A DNA stretch of 64,000 bases, taken from contig OY970192.1 in assembly GCA_963708135.1 (NCBI GenBank), positions 2,624,001 through 2,688,000 on the forward strand, in the 5' to 3' direction. The first letter of the stretch is position 1. Each line of letters opens with the position of its first letter. Under the pieces are notes generated by a model that worked only from the letters and a program-made list of their open reading frames with translations, was not told the DNA's origin and ran no database searches. Origin of the DNA: an uncultured Gemmatimonadales bacterium (GTDB taxonomy: Bacteria > Gemmatimonadota > Gemmatimonadetes > Longimicrobiales > RSA9). The position numbers and the translations under genes are program-made. Below are positions 61,329-64,000 of the stretch, one piece after another.

Positions 61329-62964
61329 CGATGGCGCGGGCCATCTTCGTCATGAGGTCGTCGCCGGGGGCGAGACGCAGCCCGGCCCGGAGCGCCGCGC
61401 GCGCGGTCGTGGTATCGCCGCGGTCGAGGGCGGTGGCGGCGAGGACGCGCTGGATCTCGGGATGGTCGGGCCAGCGCCGGGCCGCGCGGCCCGCGAGCGC
61501 CTGGGCACGATCCAGATGGCCGGCCGCGATGGAGGTTTCGGCGGCCTCGATCGGCGCCCAGGGGAGGTAAGGCCAGAGCGGCAGTGCCCGGGCGTACTCG
61601 CGCTCGGCCAGGCCCAGATCGCCGTCGTTGCGTGCGAAGCGGGCGAGGAAGAGGTGCGCGCGAAAGTCGTCGGGCCGGTCCCGCAGCTCGGCGATGAAGA
61701 TGCTCTCGGTGGAGTGCCAGTCGCGAATGCGCAGCTCGGTCCTCGCCACGAGCAGGAGGGCGACGACGGCAAAGGCGAATCGCGGGACCGCGCGCGAGAC
61801 CTGGCTGCGCCGGAGCACGCGGTCGAGGCCGGCGGCGGCCACCGCCAGCGCGAACAGCGGCAGATACAGCGTCCGCTCCGCGAGCACGATGCCCGTGGGG
61901 AACAGGAGATTGGAGACGGGCAGCATCAGGAGCGGCACCCAGAGGAGTGCGAGCGCGGTGCGCCCCCGGCCTCGGACGAGCGCGTAGATGCCGCCGGCGA
62001 GAACGGCCGCGAGCAGCAGCAGGCCCAGCACGGCGCTCGCGCTCCATCCGTGGGGCGGCATGAAGATGCGGGGACCGTAGTCGGCGAGCAGCGTGCGCGG
62101 GAAGAAGAAGAGGCGCAGCACGCTCGGCCAGACGCCGAGCGCGACGAGCAGGCGGGGTCCGGTCGCGGTCACGACATCGAAGAGCGGGTTCACCTGCCTG
62201 GCGGTGAGGTGCCCGAGCACGGCGAGGCGCAGGGCAAGGAAGGCGATCACCGCGGCGCCCAGGGCGGCATACGCGCCAGCGCGCGCCTTCAGGTAAGCCC
62301 CCAGACTCGCACGGCCCGGGCGCCAGCGTCCGAGCGCGCCGTCGAGAAGCAGCAGCGCCGCGGGCAGCATGACGGCGCTTTCCTTCGAGAGTAGCGCGAG
62401 CGCGAAGAGGAGCGTCACGGCGGCCGTGCGCCGGACGGACGGGCCCGACCCCGGCGCCGCGGTCCAGGCCAGGCAGGCCGCCAGGAAGAAGACCGAAGCC
62501 ATGATCTCGGCCCTGCCCACGACGTTCGCCACGGCCTCGACATGGACCGGATGGACGGCGAAGAGGATCGCGCCGACCAGCGCGGGGCGGGTGGAGAAGA
62601 AACGTCGCAGGAGCAGGAAGACGAGCACGGATGCCGCCACATGCCATAGCAGGCTCGTGAAGTGGAACCAAGCCGGCGAGCCACCGGACAGCGCCCAGTC
62701 CACGGCGAAGCCGAGCGTCGTGAGCGGGCGGTAGAGCGCCATGTCGGCCCCGTTCGCGCCCCAGTAGGGTAGCGTCCAGATCCGCGGGAACGACGCGAGG
62801 GCGTGAACGCGCGGGTCGTTCACGATCACCGCCACGTCGTCGTAGGCGAAAGCGTTACGAAGCGAGAGCGCGTAGGCGGCTCCCGCCACGAGCGCCACGA
62901 GCGCGGCGGCGGCGGTGGGGCGCGACGTGGAACCGACGCCCGTGTCGGGCCCGTCAGGAGTCAT
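61309..62964 (-). CDS. TMTC-like membrane protein with TPRs, paralog 2
   Basis: FAYDD, YRPLT, HPVHVEAVANVVGRAE, SKE, LLADY and AERTLYLP motifs. Confidence 0.85.
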   Translation of the reverse strand: MTPDGPDTGVGSTSRPTAAAALVALVAGAAYALSLRNAFAYDDVAVIVNDPRVHALASFPRIWTLPYWGANGADMALYRPLTTLGFAVDWALSGGSPAWFHFTSLLWHVAASVLVFLLLRRFFSTRPALVGAILFAVHPVHVEAVANVVGRAEIMASVFFLAACLAWTAAPGSGPSVRRTAAVTLLFALALLSKESAVMLPAALLLLDGALGRWRPGRASLGAYLKARAGAYAALGAAVIAFLALRLAVLGHLTARQVNPLFDVVTATGPRLLVALGVWPSVLRLFFFPRTLLADYGPRIFMPPHGWSASAVLGLLLLAAVLAGGIYALVRGRGRTALALLWVPLLMLPVSNLLFPTGIVLAERTLYLPLFALAVAAAGLDRVLRRSQVSRAVPRFAFAVVALLLVARTELRIRDWHSTESIFIAELRDRPDDFRAHLFLARFARNDGDLGLAEREYARALPLWPYLPWAPIEAAETSIAAGHLDRAQALAGRAARRWPDHPEIQRVLAATALDRGDTTTARAALRAGLRLAPGDDLMTKMARAIDAKLAR

Positions 62965-64000
62965 GGGACCTCCCGGGCGGCGGAGCGCCGACGGAGCGGC
63001 CGATGCGGGCGAGCACCGTGTCCGCGGGGCTCACGCGCAGCCCGGCGAGCACGGCGCCGCGCGCGAGCGCGGGGCGTCCGAGGTCGAGCGCGCTGCCGGC
63101 GAGGACCCGATAAAGGGAGATGCTGCGCGGCCAGTGCTCCGTGCCCCAGCGGGCGAGCGCCAGGGCGTAGGTGTCGTGCCGGCGCTTGTGGCTCAGGTCC
63201 GCGGCCTCCCAGATGAGGTGCTCGCGGTACGGCCAGAGCGCGATGGCGCGGGCGTATTCGGCGGCCGAGCGGGCATCGGCATGGTCGACGCGGGCCATGC
63301 GGGCGAGGTGCCAGTGGCCGCGGAAGGCGTCGGGACGGTCGCGGACGAGGGCCTCGAAGATCCGGTTTGTGCCCTCCCACTCCGGGACCCGCAGGGCGGA
63401 GCGGACGCCGAGCGCGAGCAGCACGAGGATGCCGGCGGCGAGCGCGGGGCGGCGCAGGCGCAGTGGCGCGCGGACGGCGGCCTCCGCCAGCGCGGCGGCG
63501 CCGAGGGAGAGCGCGAAGAAGGGCAGATAGAGCGTGCGCTCGGCCACGAGGACGCCCACGGGGATGATGAGGTTCGAGACCGGCAGGATGGCGGTCGGGA
63601 ACCAGAGGAGCGCGAGGACCGCGCGGCGGCGGCGGGCGACGAGCGCGGCGGCGCCGATTCCCAGCAGGGCGGTGAGGAGGACGAGTCCGAGCAGCGCGGC
63701 GGGCGTCCAACCGTGGAGCGGCATGGTGATGCGCGGCGCGTAGTCGACGAGCAGCGTGCGCGGGAAGAGGGCGAGCCGGAGCCAGATCGGCCAGGCCTGG
63801 AGCGCGGTGATCATGCGGAGCCCGCGGCCGTGCAGCACCTCGAGCGTGGGATCCAGGATGCCGGGCCCGACGCGGCCGAGCACGGCGAGGCGCGCGGCGA
63901 GATAGAGGCCGAAGGTCGCCGCGAGCGCGGCCAACGCCCGGCCGCGTACGCGCAGGTAGGCGCGGAGCCGGGCGGGGCGCAGGTCCCAGCGGCCGATAGC
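62954..64000 (-). CDS. TMTC-like membrane protein with TPRs, paralog 3 (5' end outside the window)
   Basis: Frame is open to the window edge; LFPRTLLVDY, LPVSNL, AERTLYLP and RDRPDAFR segments match paralogs 1 and 2. Confidence 0.82.
   Translation of the reverse strand, partial: AIGRWDLRPARLRAYLRVRGRALAALAATFGLYLAARLAVLGRVGPGILDPTLEVLHGRGLRMITALQAWPIWLRLALFPRTLLVDYAPRITMPLHGWTPAALLGLVLLTALLGIGAAALVARRRRAVLALLWFPTAILPVSNLIIPVGVLVAERTLYLPFFALSLGAAALAEAAVRAPLRLRRPALAAGILVLLALGVRSALRVPEWEGTNRIFEALVRDRPDAFRGHWHLARMARVDHADARSAAEYARAIALWPYREHLIWEAADLSHKRRHDTYALALARWGTEHWPRSISLYRVLAGSALDLGRPALARGAVLAGLRVSPADTVLARIGRSVGAPPPGRSHDS

Overview
Very GC-rich, gene-dense bacterial chromosomal segment. Gene content and pilin style suggest Gemmatimonadota; this is an inference, no search was run. 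0-23 kb is mostly housekeeping: pilD (partial), a TrmH methylase, an M48 lipoprotease, thiD, a rhomboid-nupC-PNP-SBP-xapX cluster, a lone dnaK with a sigma-54 promoter, degP, tRNA-Leu, tig-clpP-clpX-yihA, a sigma-54 activator, a Mog/MoaB protein, gcvT, argF and hslUV. 23.2-34.3 kb is an ~11 kb accessory block that splits xerC from hslV. It holds a membrane-spanning SARP/BTAD-TPR activator, a subtilase-PKD lipoprotein, a DsbA-family protein and a 1165-aa repeat surface lipoprotein whose leader carries 11-bp-phased heptamer repeats and a c-di-GMP-I-like riboswitch. 34.3-40.8 kb holds xerC, trmFO, topA, aroK and aroC. 40.8-64 kb is a type IV pilus locus: pilMNOPQ, two tandem minor-pilin cassettes, a ~500-bp G-run repeat tract plus palindromic repeats, a PilS/PilR-like pair with a small membrane gene between them, two pilins flanking a GT-C-like membrane protein, and at least three tandem TMTC-like (protein O-mannosyltransferase-like) TPR proteins. 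The best candidates for undescribed systems are the TMTC/GT-C pilin-glycosylation locus and the SARP + riboswitch surface-protein island. Single-base frameshifts in PNP and aroC suggest assembly indel errors, so homopolymer-dependent observations need read-level checks. All family calls come from motif recognition by eye.
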